NCBI GenBank assembly: GCA_964494945.1
Contig: CAZBTX010000001.1
Span: 67,088-131,087 of the forward strand
Length of the DNA: 64,000 nucleotides
DNA from: an uncultured Candidatus Saccharibacteria bacterium
GTDB taxonomy: Bacteria; Patescibacteriota; Minisyncoccia; Sungbacterales; JACQCQ01
Direction of reading: 5' to 3'
This document shows, piece by piece, positions 62,973 through 64,000 of this stretch. The translations under genes and the position numbers were made by a program. Within the stretch, counting starts at the first letter, position 1. Each line of letters opens with the position of its first letter. The notes under the pieces were generated by a model that saw only the letters and a program-made list of their open reading frames with translations, was not told the origin of the DNA and did no database searches.

Positions 62973-63428
62973 TTATTTAAAATTTCTATCCTCTTGTTGC
63001 TTTATTTTCGCAAGGCGCCTTATGTTCCTGTCGGCACCATCAAACTCGGTCTCCAGCCAAATTTTTGCGATCTCAAAGGCCTCGCTCTCTTTAACCCAAT
63101 CCGAGGCCAGCACAAGCACATTGGCATCCTCGTGTTCGCGTGACTGCTTGGCTACGCTGGTGTTAAAACAAAGAGCCGCGCGGAGGCCCTTATATTTATT
63201 AGCCGCCATATCCATGCCATGCCCCGAGCCGCAAACTAGGATAACCTTGCTGTGCGCCGGGTCATGCAACGCCGCTTCGCACGCCGCCTCAACAAAATCC
63301 GGATAGTCGTCGGCAATGTCCAAATTTAGAGCGCCCATATCCTTGACTTCATAGCCAACTTCCAAAAGCGCCGTTTTTAACGCTTCTTTAAGCGAATATC
63401 CACGATGGTCAGCGGCGATATAAATCAT
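62973..63428 (-). CDS. rpiB: Ribose-5-phosphate isomerase B
   Basis: IAADHRG, DDYPD, CGSGHGM..AANK, REHEDANVL. Confidence 0.95.
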   Translation of the reverse strand: MIYIAADHRGYSLKEALKTALLEVGYEVKDMGALNLDIADDYPDFVEAACEAALHDPAHSKVILVCGSGHGMDMAANKYKGLRAALCFNTSVAKQSREHEDANVLVLASDWVKESEAFEIAKIWLETEFDGADRNIRRLAKIKQQEDRNFK

Positions 63429-63478
63429 TGAGCTAATTATAAACTAGTGCCTAGCCACTAGCCACTAGCCGCTAGTTG

Positions 63479-64000
63479 CTATTCGCTTATCTGTCCGCCG
63501 CTTTTTAGCGAGCGGATGGAAATGCTTTCCGCAAGCCCCGCCAATATCATAACCGTCAGAATGCTAGAGCCGCCGTAAGACACAAACGGCAAAGTAACGC
63601 CGGTAATCGGCAAAATGCCTATATTCATGCCGACATGAATGACCAAGTGAGTAAAAATAACCGTGCTTATTCCAAGCAGTGTCAATCGGGCAAAATTATC
63701 GCTCGCTCGCATACCGATACGAAACAGACGCCAAAATAGAACACCGTAAACGCCTAAAATAAAAACAACCCCCAGAAACCCCCATTCTTCGGCAAAAGCC
63801 GCAAAAATAAAATCGGTTGACGGCTCCGGCAGAAAATTAAGATGGGTTTGCGAACCGTAACTTAGCCCCTTACCCCAAAGCTCTCCCGAGCCAACTGCGA
63901 TCATAGATTGTATGGCGTTATAGCCCGAGCCCAAGGGATCGTTCCAGGGATTTAAAAAAGAGAAAATCCTGTCTTTTTGATAAGGCGCCAAGATCAAGAA
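63479..64000 (-). CDS. rodA: SEDS protein RodA/FtsW, 5' part outside the window
   Basis: YQKDRI, GYNAIQSMIAVGSG, LPEPSTDFIF..EEWG, PITGVTLPFVSYGGSS. Confidence 0.85.
   Translation of the reverse strand, partial: FLILAPYQKDRIFSFLNPWNDPLGSGYNAIQSMIAVGSGELWGKGLSYGSQTHLNFLPEPSTDFIFAAFAEEWGFLGVVFILGVYGVLFWRLFRIGMRASDNFARLTLLGISTVIFTHLVIHVGMNIGILPITGVTLPFVSYGGSSILTVMILAGLAESISIRSLKSGGQISE

Overview
Chromosomal window from a Patescibacteria (CPR, Parcubacteria-like) genome, judged from the compact rpoB/rpoC, short EF-Ts, split transketolase, cupin-type PGI, short-leader housekeeping genes and a giant GNVGIGT-repeat protein. Most of the window is housekeeping: rpsF-ssb-rpsR, recA, ftsK, rpoBC, groESL with a CIRCE, uvrA/uvrC, secG, rnj, trpS, mraZ-rsmH-ftsL-ftsI-murF, rpsB-tsf, rpmE-prfA, rplY, pentose-phosphate genes and four tRNAs. 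Six things stand out. (1) An accessory island at 46.3-50.2 kb holds two tandem three-gene ORFan units that share a structured 5' leader hiding the Shine-Dalgarno (with compensatory changes) and a shared two-state 3' hairpin, followed by a low-GC DUF262 + HEPN pair. (2) An intact tRNA-Thr sits inside an inverted-repeat element inserted in the anticodon loop of a decayed tRNA-Thr. (3) A 2,660-aa HTH-TM-fibre protein has modules joined by six identical 21-bp sequences. (4) A membrane-anchored protein carries a CNF1/CheD-like deamidase motif. (5) Several palindromic repeat families occur between genes, inside tRNA remnants and in frame inside proteins. (6) A candidate ~165-nt sRNA lies between rnj and trpS. 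All calls were made by eye from the sequence and ORF track; no searches or folding programs were run.
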